From the NCBI RefSeq assembly GCF_048593235.1, contig NC_133620.1, forward strand, positions 169,696,852 to 169,760,851: DNA of 64,000 nt, read 5' to 3'. The first letter of the stretch is position 1; each line of letters opens with the position of its first letter. The notes below the pieces were generated by a model. It was given only the letters and a program-made list of their open reading frames with translations, was not told where the DNA came from and did no database searches. The stretch is from Sminthopsis crassicaudata. Taxonomy: Eukaryota. Of the stretch, positions 26,061 through 40,102 are shown piece by piece. The translations under genes were made by a program, and so were the position numbers.

Positions 26061-28329
26061 GCTTTTCCATATCATTTCAGAATGTGTCTGCAAATGCTGA
26101 ATCTCTTTGTGCCAATAGGGAGTCTCAGAGAATGACCCTTTTCACTCCCAAAGTCACTATTAGATGCAAGGTTTCCTAGAAAAAAAATTAGCTAAGTGGA
26201 AGTATAAATTCTGCTGCTAAAAAGAGACCTAGCTGTCCCAAAACCCCCAAAATATCTAAGGCTTCCTTTTTTTTTTTAACAAAACTGTTGAGGGCCTACA
26301 TGTCTATCAAAACCTGTAATAATAGCTCCCCAGAACATCTACTTCTAAGTATCTTTTTCTAAGCAAGAAGGACAGTTTTATTTGAAATTTTTGTTCTTAT
26401 GGGTATTTAGTAATGCATCTAAACTAAAAATATAGAGTACATTATTATTCTGACTGGTTATGGATTTATATATCACTAGCCACAATGCTTAAAATTTGCT
26501 GTGGTCATTGGGAGCAAAAGCTTTTTTTTTTTTTTTTTAACTTTAAGAAAATATTTGACATTTATATGCCCAATTTCTTGCTATCCATTTCAGGAGAATA
26601 GAATTTCTTAAATAACAGCAAAATGTTTCTAGAAGATAAGAAACAGTATTTTTGCATTTCTCACTTATGTCTTTCTTCCACTAAGATGATGTAACATTTC
26701 GTGACTCAAGGGAAAAAAACAGGTTCCAAATAGGCTTTGAAAAATCTCTCTTTGCATGCCCTTTTATAATTCCATCAACATGGATTTTGTTTTTCCAGCT
26801 TTTGTGAATGTCCACTGTGTTCCACACTTGGAGGTTCTTAGAAGATCATAGCCAGGGATCATCAGCATGAGGAGATGGAAACTGAGCAAGCAGTAAGTGT
26901 TAGGAAAGTCCTAGAAAATATTACTTCAGTTAAAGTCTTAAACTGAACATTTCTTTTTTGAGTAAGACAGGTATTCTGGAACATAGAATCAATCAAAAAA
27001 GCAATTTACAAAGACTTCTTTACACAACTATGATCTTCTGAGTACTGGGCTAGACACTGAACATACAAGTACAAAAAATGAAATAGTTCATACACTCAAA
27101 CACTAAATAGTATTAGAGATGTACTGAATATTAGAGACCATCTAATTTGACATCCTCCCAATACAGGAATTACATCTGTAATAGGTTATCATCTAACCTC
27201 TGAATAAGACAATCAACAAACATTTATTAAGTGCTTTTTATGTGCCACACTATATTTATTGATGACTTGATTAATTTCTAATAATGCAGATAAAATTTTA
27301 ATTAGCTATTTGCAGATTCAGATCAGATGTGTGACATTATAATTGTGGTCAGTTCATCTCAATAATTCAACTTATTGCCTACTATATGCCAGGTCATGTG
27401 AAATAATGGAGAAAGTTTTAGCCTCATAATCAAGAACATCCAGGCTCAGGTCCTACTTCTAATGCACTAGTTATATGACATTGAATAAGTCACTTAACTT
27501 CTCATTGTCCTAGAGAACTAAGGCTTTTAAGTTCTAAGCCTGCTATTGAGTAGAGGAAATGGTTCTCTGAGAACTCTTCCAATTGTAAAATCAATCAATA
27601 ACAGTAGCATAAAAGAGGACTGAGGGCAGGGAGCATTGTGTTAGGTACAAGGTACACAAAAATAAAAGTCAACCAAGATCATCAGGTCTTTTCCACAGGA
27701 CCCACTCTCTTACTTTTGCCACTGATTTTTTAAAATCTAAACATAGTACTTTATGCTTATGTGCCCTTCAGTATTGCAGTAGAGTGATGATGTCCATCAA
27801 CATAGATACTTTCTTTGCTCAAACAGATCATACCATATTCATGCCTTCTCTTAATATGTAACTTTACTCTCATGACCAGGAAACTCACATTCCAGGCATC
27901 CTTCCAGCTTTAGCTTACTTGTACCTACTCCCCCACCATTGCCCTTTGAGCCATGTATAATTTAGATTTTTCTCAAATTTTAGCGTTCTATGATTCATAG
28001 CTGTATAATATCATAAGGAGTATATTATAGGCCCCTGTTTAATTTACCTTCATAAGATCATTGAATTGCAATTTCACAGATATGATGCATCCCATTTTCC
28101 TTTTTCTCTTCAATTCTAGATCAGGACTACTATACAAAATCAACCTCTGTTACATAAAATTGATGGAACAACTCAAGAAATTTTTTTGACTAATTTAGGG
28201 CATACATGTTTTTAATCCAATGGTTTTCTAGCATAGATGGTCGTTTATGGGGATATTGGGATTTGACTAAGGATACTTGTAGGATTCTGAGATCTCAATC
28301 TCCTCAATTCACAAGAAACATATACCAAA

Positions 28330-28800
28330 ATTCTCTGTTGATATTCTGTCCCCTTCTCCCTGGATTCAGTACAAAAAAATCATCCATAAAACTAGTGGAT
28401 GCCTTTATCCCTATTATATTTCATTTTAATAGCATTAGCTCATAGTTCTAACTTGTCAGGACCCTTTTAAATCTTGGTCCTATTATCTAGTACATTAGCT
28501 ACTTCTTCTGAATTTGTCTCATGCAAAATTGTAAAGTATTTTCTATTTCTTCATCCAAGTCATTCATTAAACATGTTAAATAGAATAAGACCAAGGTCAA
28601 AGCTCTATAACTGTCCACAACAAAATTTTGCTTCTTGACACCAAGCACCTAATCAGCAATTTTTAAACTAAGGCTATTTAGTCACCAATTCTTTCTTGTT
28701 ATATTATCACCTGGTTCATATTTTCTATTTTATTTATAAGGAAAAGATGGGAATTTGCCATACGTTTGCTGAAATAAGAACACACTATGTGTGCACCATT
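28330..28800 (-). mobile_element. L3/CR1 fragment
   Basis: ttcttcatccaagtcattcattaaacatgttaaatagaataagacc resembles the CR1 RT region in reverse. Confidence 0.6.
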
Positions 28801-29779
28801 TCCTTTATTTACCAAACTATTATGAGATGTTTCACTCCATGACATGTAGGCTAGCCTCAGTCACTCAGAGACAGGGTTTCTGACCCACATAAGGACTTCT
28901 AAGGTACCTCAGAATACCATGGGCTTCTAAAGTTCCTTTGCCATGGATCATTCAAAATCAATTTAAATCTAGAAGAATTAATCCAGATCATGGGTTAAAG
29001 TCAGAAGTGCTTGTCAAGGTGGGAATTAGAACAAAGATTATGCAGATAAATTACAACATCATTAATTACTTTGCTAACATAGAATCACATAATCATAGTA
29101 TTTTTATGGTCTGGAGTTTCTTAACTTTTTTTTTAATCTCATAGATATTTCTAGTATTGTGATGAAGGCTATAAATTCCTCAAAATAATGTGTTTTTGTT
29201 TTTGTTTTTGTTTTGTTTTCAATAATGGAAGTAAATGCTAGATTTCAACTAGAAGTTGGTGAAAGTAAAGAGACTAATTTTTTTTTCAAACCAAGTTTAT
29301 GGACTCCCTGAAATCTATCCATGGATTCTTTGAAAATCAATAGACTCCAGGTGAAGAATCTTTGATATAATCCATGGCATCATCATCATAACACACAAAA
29401 TTAGTGATCATCCAGATTCAGCTTAAAGACCTTCTTTTAGGTGAGTTTTTTTTTTTTTTTTTACATTAAGATTTTTTTTGGTGTGGGGAATACTTCAGAT
29501 TCCTTAAGAGATTGTTTCCTTAAGAGATGGAATGAAAGGATCATGGAATTAGAGGTCATCTAATCTAAACCATGTGGCACAAAAAGACTAAACTTGTACT
29601 AAATTATGATCTTTGAAAGATAGTTTGACATGGAAATTTAATTGTTTTGAAAACACTAAAGAATCCTCAGATTCAGGGAGATATATAGAACAATAGCAAT
29701 TTTTTTAATCTATGAAAAGGGTCTAAATAACCTTCTAAAATGGACAGAAAGTGGTATTTGAAGTCATGCATGAGAAGAT

Positions 29780-30000
29780 GGGAACATGGGAGCAACAATG
29801 ACCCCAACACATGGAATGGAACCATGAAGATATTGAAAAGGTATTTATTAAGAATGTGAAGAAAAGCTTAAGTAACATGTTCCTAGATTGTTTTAATTCC
29901 CCTGTATGGAAAGACTTGGATAAAATTAAAATAGAAAAATTGGAGCAAGAGGTCTTTTCTGAGAGCCAGATCCTGTGTCACTGGAGTTGGAACAAAACCT
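29780..30000 (+). mobile_element. Possible ancient RTE 3' fragment (similar piece ~33500-33730)
   Basis: Weak resemblance to a marsupial RTE terminus (cccctgtatggaaagacttgg...gatcctgtgtcactggag). Confidence 0.3.
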
Positions 30001-30032
30001 AGACACATTCTTCAGAGGAAACAGTAAATAAA

Positions 30033-30046
30033 CATACACACACACA

Positions 30047-30084
<38 letters not shown>
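30033..30084 (+). repeat. (CA)n microsatellite, ~26 units with 2 interruptions
   Basis: Read directly. It explains the CVCVCV ORF. Confidence 0.97.
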
Positions 30085-30085
<1 letters not shown>

Positions 30086-30319
30086 TTGAAAATTCTAAAT
30101 GGAATCACATGGGCCTCCTTAAAAAAAGAATTTAGTAGCAGATTTTAATAAGACATAGATGAGAAAATGTGTAGTTAAATTTAGACAATTTTGAAGGCTC
30201 TCCCATTTAGATGAAACATGGTATTTCAGGGAGCAAATTAGCTAGCTTAACTGGATTAGAGTTTTGAAAGATTCAAACCTAGTCCTTCAAGTGCCTCTGA
30301 TTTATTTTGCTTTAGTTAG

Positions 30320-30545
30320 GGGCATCTGGGTAACAAAGGATAGAGTACTAGACCAGAAGTCAGATAAACTTTAGTCCCAGGTTCAAATCAGGACTCACAC
30401 ACTTGTTACCCCTCTGTACCCCTGTGCAAGTCACTTAATTATTCTGCATCTTAAAATGAAAAAAATAATAGTACCAACCTCATAAGATTGTTGTGAAGAT
30501 AAAATAATATTTGTAATGTGCTTTGCAGATCTTAAAGTACCATGT
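30320..30545 (+). mobile_element. MIR
   Basis: ggatagagtactagacc...ggttcaaatc...caagtcacttaat...gattgttgtgaagataaaata. Confidence 0.75.
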
Positions 30546-31249
30546 AACAGCAAGCTAAACCTAAATAACCAAATCATAATTACTTAAGGCTGTTTTCTCA
30601 CAACATGAGCTTTTTTTTTTTTATTCTAGTCCTGCAGGGCATTTTCTCTATTATTTGTAACATATTATTCCTGTCCTCTGACACTCACCTATCCATTTTC
30701 CATGGCCTTCTCCCTAACTACTTCTCAATCTGATAAAACCACAAACACATTTTATCATTTTTCTTTTTATCTTAATTTTGTCTCCTTTTAAAATCTTTTC
30801 TCAACTGCATCGCATTCTTTTTTTTCCCTTCTTTAATTTTGTCTTCTTAGACTGTATGTTTTCTTTCAATCTTAACATAGAAATAGTATCTGTTGATGTT
30901 AAGATTTTATATATAAAAGTGAAGTAATCTATATCCTAAATGTTTTCATTGCCCTTTCTGACCTCTTCTTTGCAAGGAAAAGCACAAAGTGAAGATATTC
31001 TTCACCATAGGAGATGCTTGTATTTTTAGTTCACAAAACATAAAGGCATCTTTAAAATTTGTGTTTTTGTCTAGGGACCCAAAGTTAAGCTTTTACTATT
31101 AGTATATGTGCATTTGTATGCTTTAACATATCACCTTATGAGTATCTATTTGCTAAGCAGACTGCACCATTACCTTCTGAAATACTTTTAGAATCTCCAT
31201 CCATAGAGACCTTTGCTGATGAATAACTAGATAATATTCCCACTAATTG

Positions 31250-31620
31250 ACCACTCAATCAAAAATAATTTATTATGTGCTTACTATGTGTCAGATACCA
31301 TGCTAAGTTCTAAAGATAAAAAAGAGCAACAACAACTATAATCACAATAGTAAAATCTCAAAAACAAAAATAACATCAAGCCCTTGCCCTCAAGGAACTT
31401 ACATTTTGAAGGAGATAGATCATGCATTTAAATAGGTACACTCAAGAAATATCCAGAATAGATGGAAGGTAATTTCAAAGTAAGAGATATTAGTAGCTGA
31501 AGAGCCTACACAAAGGATTTTATTTGAGACAAGAAAATGAAGTGAAAGTGAGAAGAGAACATCTTAGAAATAGGGGACAGTCAGTGAAAAGATGAAAAGA
31601 TAGAAAGTAGAAAATTGTGA
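31250..31620 (-). mobile_element. L2 3' fragment
   Basis: caatcaaaaataatttattatgtgcttactatgtgtcag...gccctcaaggaacttacatt. Confidence 0.7.
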
Positions 31621-34071
31621 TTTCTGCACATAGAGGGAGTTTTTAAAATGCTACAGAGTTATATATTAGCAAAGGCAGAATATTTTGAGGGTGGTTAGAA
31701 TATACATTATTTTCTTGTTTTCCTCATAACCTCTCTTTCTTTTCCTTCAACTATAGTGATTAAATAAAATCTTCATAGCCCAATCCCTCTCTAGCTCCAT
31801 TTTGAAATGTTAAAGGATGATAAGATTTTTCTCTACTTGCTTATAGTGTCCAAATAGTCTGAAGCCAGAATTCTGTTGATGGCCATTACTTTCATTGTGC
31901 CTGAAGAAAATAAGATGTTCTGACATAATTTCATTTCAAGAAGATGTTTGCAGTAAGGAAAGATGGGGTTTTAAGAAAAAAGGCATAGAGATAAAGAGAC
32001 AGAAGTTTCTTTGAGGGCAATAGTGATTGGTTGGAAACATGGCCTAAAATTTATCATTTCCAATCCAGAGACAACCTCCTGTCCAACTACCATTTAAATA
32101 TAATTTTGTGCAGATGGAAACAAGTCACTCAATAGATTTCAAATAGCAGTGAAGATGTGTATGGGGAAAATGTGCAAGAAATGAGATTTTCCAGCTTGTA
32201 AATATTCTCATCTTACATGCAACATAGAATTAAACTAAACAGCATATGTGGACACTGGCCTACATTTAAATTTTAGCTTTTATTCTACAAGGACATTGAT
32301 GATAATTTAATTATTTGAATCACGGGATGTTTTGTACCATGTGTGTTATGCACATCTGTGCAGAAACCATCAGATTACTGTTCCCTCAAAGCAACAGAAA
32401 GCACAAACAGAATCACTCCTCCCACACAAAAAGATGAGGTTTCCAATAGTCTTCCTAAGTACACTGTGTTCTGTTCTTTTGCTGGACTCAGACTAATGGG
32501 AGACCACAGGAAGTCTGCTAGGCTGTACCCTCAGAGAAAAGCAGACAGCACCAAGAATGTTGTTAGAACGTGGGGAAAGGCCTGATATTCAGGCGTATCC
32601 CTTCCTTTAGGGACCTTCTAGGGTAGTTAGTGTTCTAAAAGAAATTTAATAATCAGAAGACAAAGGAAGGATGAATGAACACACAAACGAGTAGATTAAT
32701 AGACATCTGGCTAGGCGTCATTTATGACTTTTAAAAGAATTGCACAATGTTGAACTTTGCCTCAACACCTTTTTTTTTTTTTTCTTTTTTTCATTTTCCT
32801 CCTGGAAAACATGCTGAGAAGGAGAGGTGAATGGTATATAATGCCTAATCCATCATTCAGGGATCAACCCAGAATTATTTTCTGTTATTCATTTCTAGCC
32901 AAATTCACAAAACTAGGTTTGTTTTCAATTACTTGTAATATGTGTCTCCAAAAGAATTTAAAATAGGCTATTTGATGACTGTTCTCTGTTCTAGTGATGA
33001 CATAACTGCAATTTGTATTATAGCAAGAGGAAAAGGAAGCTAAATTAGAAAAAAAAATTGTTGTAATGTTGCTATTATTCTCAGGAGCCTTTTCATTCTA
33101 AGAAGACTGATGAAAAAGATATCTCCCTTACTTCAACATTCCTTCTCTTAAAATTACACTAAATTTGACAAATTCTACTTACTGAGTATCTACTATGTAC
33201 AAAGCTCCATGCTGGCCAGTGAGAGATTTAAAAAAAAACACAAAAAACCTTGAGTTAGATATTATGTCTGCTCTTATGGAATATAGTTTAATAAGGGAGA
33301 AAAACTCCTTGCATGATCTCAAATTTTTTTCCAGAAATAAAAATCTATCTTTTTAATATCAGCATTCTTCCATTGCTTTTACAGATCTTGGAGACCTGAA
33401 ACAGTACCCTTTAAGAACTGAAAATGAATGTCATACAGAGTTTAATGGAGAAGTATACTGTGAATGAGAATAGGCTGCTATAAATATAAGAAATGAGAAA
33501 TTCTAAAGGGGAATGGGAGGAAAGGAAGTTATTAGGAAACATGTTATGGAAAAAGATGAGCTGATTATGTGGAGAGAGTCATGGATAGGACACCTAAGTG
33601 TGTGAAGAGAAATTTGAGGAAAGACTCCAGTAGGCTATGTAACATCTTTGACTCCTTTGGTCATTAAAAGAAAAAATACGAATGAAAGTCTCACACAATA
33701 TACTGGGATCTGCATCATTGAAGAAAACATCCAGATTGATGAAATCACAATTTCAGTTGAAACTTTGAGTGGGCAAAGAGAAGAAATCAACAATTAATTA
33801 TAATCCAAAATATAAAGTGAAAGAGGAAAAAAAAGAGCTATTAATATAGAGGAAGAACAGACTATTTTCAACCGATGAGGATTTTGAAAGACTTCATCAA
33901 TTGTTAAAGATGCAAATAAGTGAGTATCTTAAAATAATGTGAAACTAAAATGGTAGGTTGAAGTAAATCTTTACAGGGTCTTGAATAGTGGATGAAACAT
34001 TTTGGATTTTATTTGGTAAAAATATAAAATCCTTCTCGGATGCCTCATATGTAAGTAATACTGGTTTCCTT

Positions 34072-34232
34072 TCTTCTTTTATTTATTTATTTATTTTTCT
34101 GAGACAGTTAGGATTAAATGACTTGCCTAGTATCACACAGCTAGTAAGTATTAAATGTCTGAGGCCGGATTTGAACTGCATCCTCCTGACTTCAGGGCTT
34201 GTGCTCTATCCATTGTATCACCTAGTTGCCCC
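34072..34232 (-). mobile_element. WSINE1
   Basis: (attt)n tail plus gtctgaggccggatttgaact...ctctatccattgtatcacctagttgcccc. Confidence 0.88.
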
Positions 34233-34864
34233 CTGATCCTGAATTTTTGAAGACAGAATTAATATACATATTTGTGGAATCTTTGAATTGCTTTTCTGAG
34301 TATCACACTAATTTGATATGAAAAGGCTCATCACCAGTAGGCCACACACTTGATAATAAATTATTTGGCTGTGGCAGCTTGTAAAGTGAGCTAAAAATTA
34401 AAGTGAACATTAGTTTGGTAAGACTCTCTTTTGCTTCTACAATGACAGTGTCAGGGTGACAGAAAAGGAAACCCAAGGTAAATATTTTAGATGGTCCACA
34501 CTACCAATCCATTTGTAGGTATCTAAATCTCTCATCTATACTATACTACTATATCAATCTTTACCTTTTTGCTATAAAGAAGAGACAGAAAAGGAAATTT
34601 GACCTGAATGAAATAATAATTTACTTCTCATGGGAAGGTAAACAAATAATTTGGTAGAATTGACTTTATCATTCATTCAAGGGCAATGATAAACATAATC
34701 AGTATACATTTATTAAGGACCTACCATTTTCCATGCAAAGTGCTAAGCATCATTTTAAATGACATTAAATGATCCTAACAAATGGCATCAGTGATCCTAA
34801 CAAATATATGCAAAAAGATCATCATAAAAATGGCAGATGTTTATGGCCTAACATCTCTTGTAGG

Positions 34865-35120
34865 AATGAAGTAGCCAGTAAGGTAGCAGAAGGGAAACAC
34901 TGTGGAACTTGGAGTCAAGGAAAATTCAGTTCAAATCCAGCTGTAGAAACTTACTTTCTGAGTAATACCATATAAATTACCTAACCTATTAGCCCTTAGT
35001 TTCCTTAACTATAAAAGAGACATAATAACTCTCTCTAATTTCTAGAATTGTTGTGAGGATAATACAGTGAAATTATATTCATAAAACTTTGCAAACATTA
35101 AAGTGCCACATATATTCTTA
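34865..35120 (+). mobile_element. MIR
   Basis: ggagtcaaggaaaattcagttcaaatcc...cttagtttccttaactataaaa...gaattgttgtgagga. Confidence 0.7.
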
Positions 35121-38100
35121 TTATTCTGATTATTATTAGCAATAAACATCATTTCATATGACATCTATTTGTCTTAGATTTCAGTGCTTATCATAAATAT
35201 ATCCAAAATGGTCACCATGAAAACAGTCAAAGTTTATGGCCTCAACAGCTGTTGAAGAGAATAAAGGATTCTATGAAGAATATTCTGCCTCTCCAGATTA
35301 AAAGAGCATATACTTTAAAACCAAGGAATATTAATATAAAGGTGGTCCTGGAGGGGATGGAAAAATTTTGCTGGTAAACATAGTTCACAATTTAGAAGAG
35401 AACATTATCAAAGAACTGAAAATCATAGAAACTTTACAATTCTGTATCATGAATACTTTTTTTTTTCCTTCAAGAAGAGAGTTAAGTGGTGAGCTGGGTA
35501 AAATACAAGACTAATTATTCTTTAGTAGACACTAAATGAGTGGTTTCTTCAGTGGGACTCATTTCTAGATCAATTATATGTGTACAGACAGACAACATGA
35601 TAGAGCAAAGGAGATTAGAAAAGATACCTTGTGTGGCAAATTTCCTAACTTTTGAGGAATAAGAACACAGAGAATCCTTTGTTTAAACAAACTCAGAACT
35701 AGGCTTCTTTTCTTTTATTGTTGCACATGGAACTTTTCTGTTTTTGAAAAACACTTCCCTTTTAGATCCCATCCTAACAAAGAATTCTTTGTAGTAAGGT
35801 AGAAGTAGTAAAAAGCCCACTCATCCAGAAAGTTCCCTGGCCCATTTGTAGATAAGCTGCTTCCCTCTACCCCCCTTCTTCCCTCCCAACCTTTGGAAAG
35901 TCTGATCTAAAATTTTAGCTTGTATCTTGCTCTTATTTGCTATTTTTTAATATTTACTTTCTTGCTCATTTTTAATCAGAAAACTTTTATAAGCTTCTAA
36001 TTTTCTAATAAATTCAAAATATCACAGTTTACCTCATTCTACATAAATAGCCTTCTTCTCTTCATATAACTTTAGTGGTGTCCCAAATCCTTGTCAATTT
36101 AGAAACAAAACAAAACAACTTGCCTTTAATTTCCAAGCTAGTTTCTACTTTTTTGCTGAAATCACTTCCCTTATAATTGGAAATGGATAAAAAGGGATCA
36201 AGTGCTTTCCAGTTGGAGTGATCAATAAAGAAGTAAAAATAAGTTAGAAAGAAGTGAATAGATTTGGGAATGAAAATAGTTTTTATCATTCCCATTTCCA
36301 TCACTCTGGGTATACCTCCACTACTTCAGAGCCTTAGTTCCCAACCCAGCTCAGCAAAAAAGGAGAGTGAGGAATAAGTAAACCTATCCCAGCTGCCACT
36401 AATTGGAAATATCAGAGAGTGCAGAAGTGTCTTGGTAGGAAGAGATAATCTGTTTGAAGAATTTCTTCCAGGGTTGTAAAATCTTTTTTTACAAATTAAA
36501 AACATTTTACAGTCCATTCAAGAATAAGAAAGAAATATCATCCCACACTAATCACTATAGCAGGAAAAGTACTGGATCAATGTCATGGAAGCAAAAAGAT
36601 ATAAAAGAAAAACATCATAAGAAAAATGATTGCTCTTGCTAGATCGTTTTGCCCTCTGCTATTTTGGGCCATTGGCATAATTAAAGCACATTCAAGAAGA
36701 TTTCAACACATTATCATAAGTGGTTTAAAAAAAAAAAAAAGAACCAATGATCTCTATTACTTAAGCAGCATGGATAAACCCATACCCAACTTTACTTTTG
36801 TGGCTTGTCAACTAAATGTGTTGCTTTTTAACTTCAAGGAATATGATTCCAATTATTTCTGGATGACAAATCTAAAATGCCTTTTTGAGCTTATGGAAGT
36901 TTTACTATATATATATATATAGTTAAACATCTGGTTAAAAATTGAGATACTTTTGGCTATTTTGTCTTCATGACACCAATATTGGAAATATTTAAATTAG
37001 TAGAAATGCTTGTTTTTTATCTGATATATAGCATTATGTTGAAACACCTTAGATTTACATTTAAGGGAAAATCCTTAATTCTGATGGGATAGTGAACTCC
37101 TTTCATTTATGATAGTTCATACCTTTTCCGTGAAATATAAAGAGGTTAAGTGATCTGCCAGAGGCAGAACTTAAATTGAGATCTATTTATTATGCTATCT
37201 TTCTTTTCTTATGAAACACTGAGTTATATTAGATTGTTTACTGATTTGAAGGATGCTGGCCACATTTCATATTTTATTTTCATTAATTGGCACTAAAGTC
37301 TAATGAACACTCCCAATAAGATTGATCATTTAACAATGATTTTATGGCTATGTTAGAGATCTTTCGAAATATGTACCAAAGGCCAGAAACAAAATCCCAC
37401 TCTAAATAGCAAAGAGTAATGAATCATTAGAGATAACAATCATGGGAGAAATTTTTTTCAGGTAATGATGACAGGAAATGTAGTTGAAAGAAAAGCTAAA
37501 ATCATTTAGCACAGCTTATTTATTTCATATATGAGGAACTTAGAACCTAGCAATAAGACTTGTCTGAGGCATATGACTGCTCAATAGCATATATAAGCTG
37601 TGAATTGAATAAATTACTACTCATTCCCAGTTCAATACAATTTCTATATCATACATTACTCCTCAAGTAAAGTGGCATCCCACTGAGATAAAAATAAATA
37701 CTTTCTTCTCGCCTATATTTTTTTTAAATAAAGTAGTATAAACATCTAATAAAGAAGTTTTACCCTGGGAACAAATTTTGGTGGGGAAAAAGCTTCTACA
37801 ATAATCTTTCATCTTTAGCCATTGAATTACATTCCTCTTGACTTATTAATTTTTTCCTAGTTCTTTCTTGTTGCTTCTTTGTCCCACTTTCATCTCTGGA
37901 TCTATTAAACCAGTTCATTCTAAAACTCCTCTAAATGTGAATTTTAAAATCTTCAGGAAGCATCCATATTTGGGAACTTTGTAAATTGGCTCCCTTGTGG
38001 AAGATAAAACTTTCCTTTCTAAATCTATCTTATATTAATTTAGTTTTGAAATATGAGCTTCAAACTTCAGTGAAAATAGGTTGACATACCTGGTTACTAC

Positions 38101-38709
38101 AATCTGATTTATTAGTGCTGAAAAGGGAAATAACATTTTAGACCTATCTTAACTTCTTACAGTCCCAGAAAATGCCACTGTTTTTCAGACAACAGCAGTA
38201 TCTTATTGTAATATGTAATATAAAAAGTATATTTAATCTCTAGTACACACAGAGTACATTGATAATCCTAGATATACCACTGCCACTTTTAGCTCTTGTC
38301 TTAATCTGAACTCATCATCTGCCAATTTCTACAACATCCTACTCCAAAAACAAAAACAAAAGAAAACAAAACAAAACAAAACAAAAAACCAAACACCTTT
38401 TTTGTTTTATTTGTTATGTTTTTCTTTGAGTTTTGTCAATATTATCTTTGATGTTAAAATTTTCTATTTTTGGTCTTATTTGGGGTTTTTAATTTATTGG
38501 TTTTCTAGTTTTCCTTAGTTGCATTTTAAATTTATTGACCTATTCTTTGTACTTTTTGTTGATGAAAATGTAACCCATAGAAAGCTTCCCTTTCGGAATA
38601 CTTTGGCTGTATTCCAAAAATTTTGATATTTTATAACAGTGATTTGTATCAGTGATAAAGTCTCACTGTTGTAAATCTTTTAGTGGAATTTTCTTTGACC
38701 CACTGGTTC

Positions 38710-40102
38710 TTTTTTTTTTATTATTATTAAAGCTTTGTAATTTTCAAAACATATGTATAGATAATTTTTCAACATTAACCCTTGCAAAACCTTGTGTTCC
38801 AATTTCTCCCTCCTTTATCCCCCTACCCCTCCACCCAGACAGTAATCAATCCAATATATGTTAAACATAGTAAAATAATATTGTAAATCCAATATATACA
38901 AACATATCTCTACAATTATTTTGGTGCACAAGAAAAATCAAATCAAAAAGAAAAATTAGAAAGAAAACAAAATTCAAGGAAACAACAAAAAGAGTGAAAA
39001 CGCCATGTTGTGGTCCACATTCAGCTCCCACAGTCCTCTCTCTGGAGGTATATGGCTCTCTTCATCACAATATCATAAGAACTGGACTCAATCCTTTCAT
39101 TGTTGAAAAGAGCCACATCCACCAGAATTCATCATTGTATAATCTTGTGGTTGTCATTGTGTACAATGATCTGGTTCTGCTCATTTCACTTAGCGTCAGT
39201 TCATGGAAGTCTCTCCAAGCTTCTCTGAAATCATCCTGCTGATCATTTCTTATAGAACGGTAACATTCCATACCATTCATATGCCATAACTTACTCAGCC
39301 ATTCTCCAACTGATGGGCATCCACTCAGTTTCCAGTTCCTTGCCACTACAAAAAGGGCTGCCACAAATATTTTTGCACATGTGCATCCCTTTCCTTCCTT
39401 TAAGATCAGTTTGGGATATAAGCTCAGTAGAAACACTGCTGGATCAAAGGGTATTGCACAGTTTGATAGCATCTTGGGCATAGTTCCAAACTGCTCTCCA
39501 GAATGGTTGGATCCATTCACAATTCCACCAATATTAGTACCCCAGTTTTCCCACATCTCCTCCAATATTCATTATTAACTTTTCCTGTTATCTTAGCCAG
39601 TCTGAGAAGTTTACAGTGGTATCTCAGAGTTGTATTAATTTGCATTTCTCTGATCAATAGTAATTTAGAGCACTTTTTCATATGACTAAAAGTGGTTTTA
39701 GTTTCTTCATCTGAAAATTGTCTGTTTATATCCTTTGACCTTTTATCAATTGAAGAATGGCTTATATTATTATAAATTTGAGTTATTTATATATTCTAGA
39801 AATTAGGTCTTTATCAGAGCCTTTGAATGTAAAAATATTTTTCCCACTTTATTGCTTTCCTTCTAATCTTGTCTGCATTAGTTTTGTTTGTACAAAAACT
39901 TTTTAACTTAATATAATCAAAATTACCTATTTTTTATTCAATAATAAATTCTAGTTCTTCTTTGGCCACACATTCCTTCCTTCTCTACAGATCTGAGAAA
40001 TAAAAACTATCTTTTGTTCTTCTATTTTGCTTAGAATATCACTTTTTATGACTAAATCATAAACCCATCTCAATCTTATCTTGGTATATGGTGTTAGGTG
40101 TG
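38710..40102 (-). mobile_element. 5'-truncated L1 (~1.4 kb), sense to LAMA2
   Basis: Poly(T) at 38710, reverse 3' UTR, and ORF2 C-terminus CAIPFDPAVFLLSLYPK...IFVAALFVVARNWKL (ORF 39065-39565). Ends at ttggtatatggtgttaggtgtg. Confidence 0.93.

Noticed and set aside
34789-34824. Direct repeat tgatcctaacaaat x2
   Set aside because: A single 14-bp local duplication, not an array. It is not CRISPR-like, and the context is eukaryotic.
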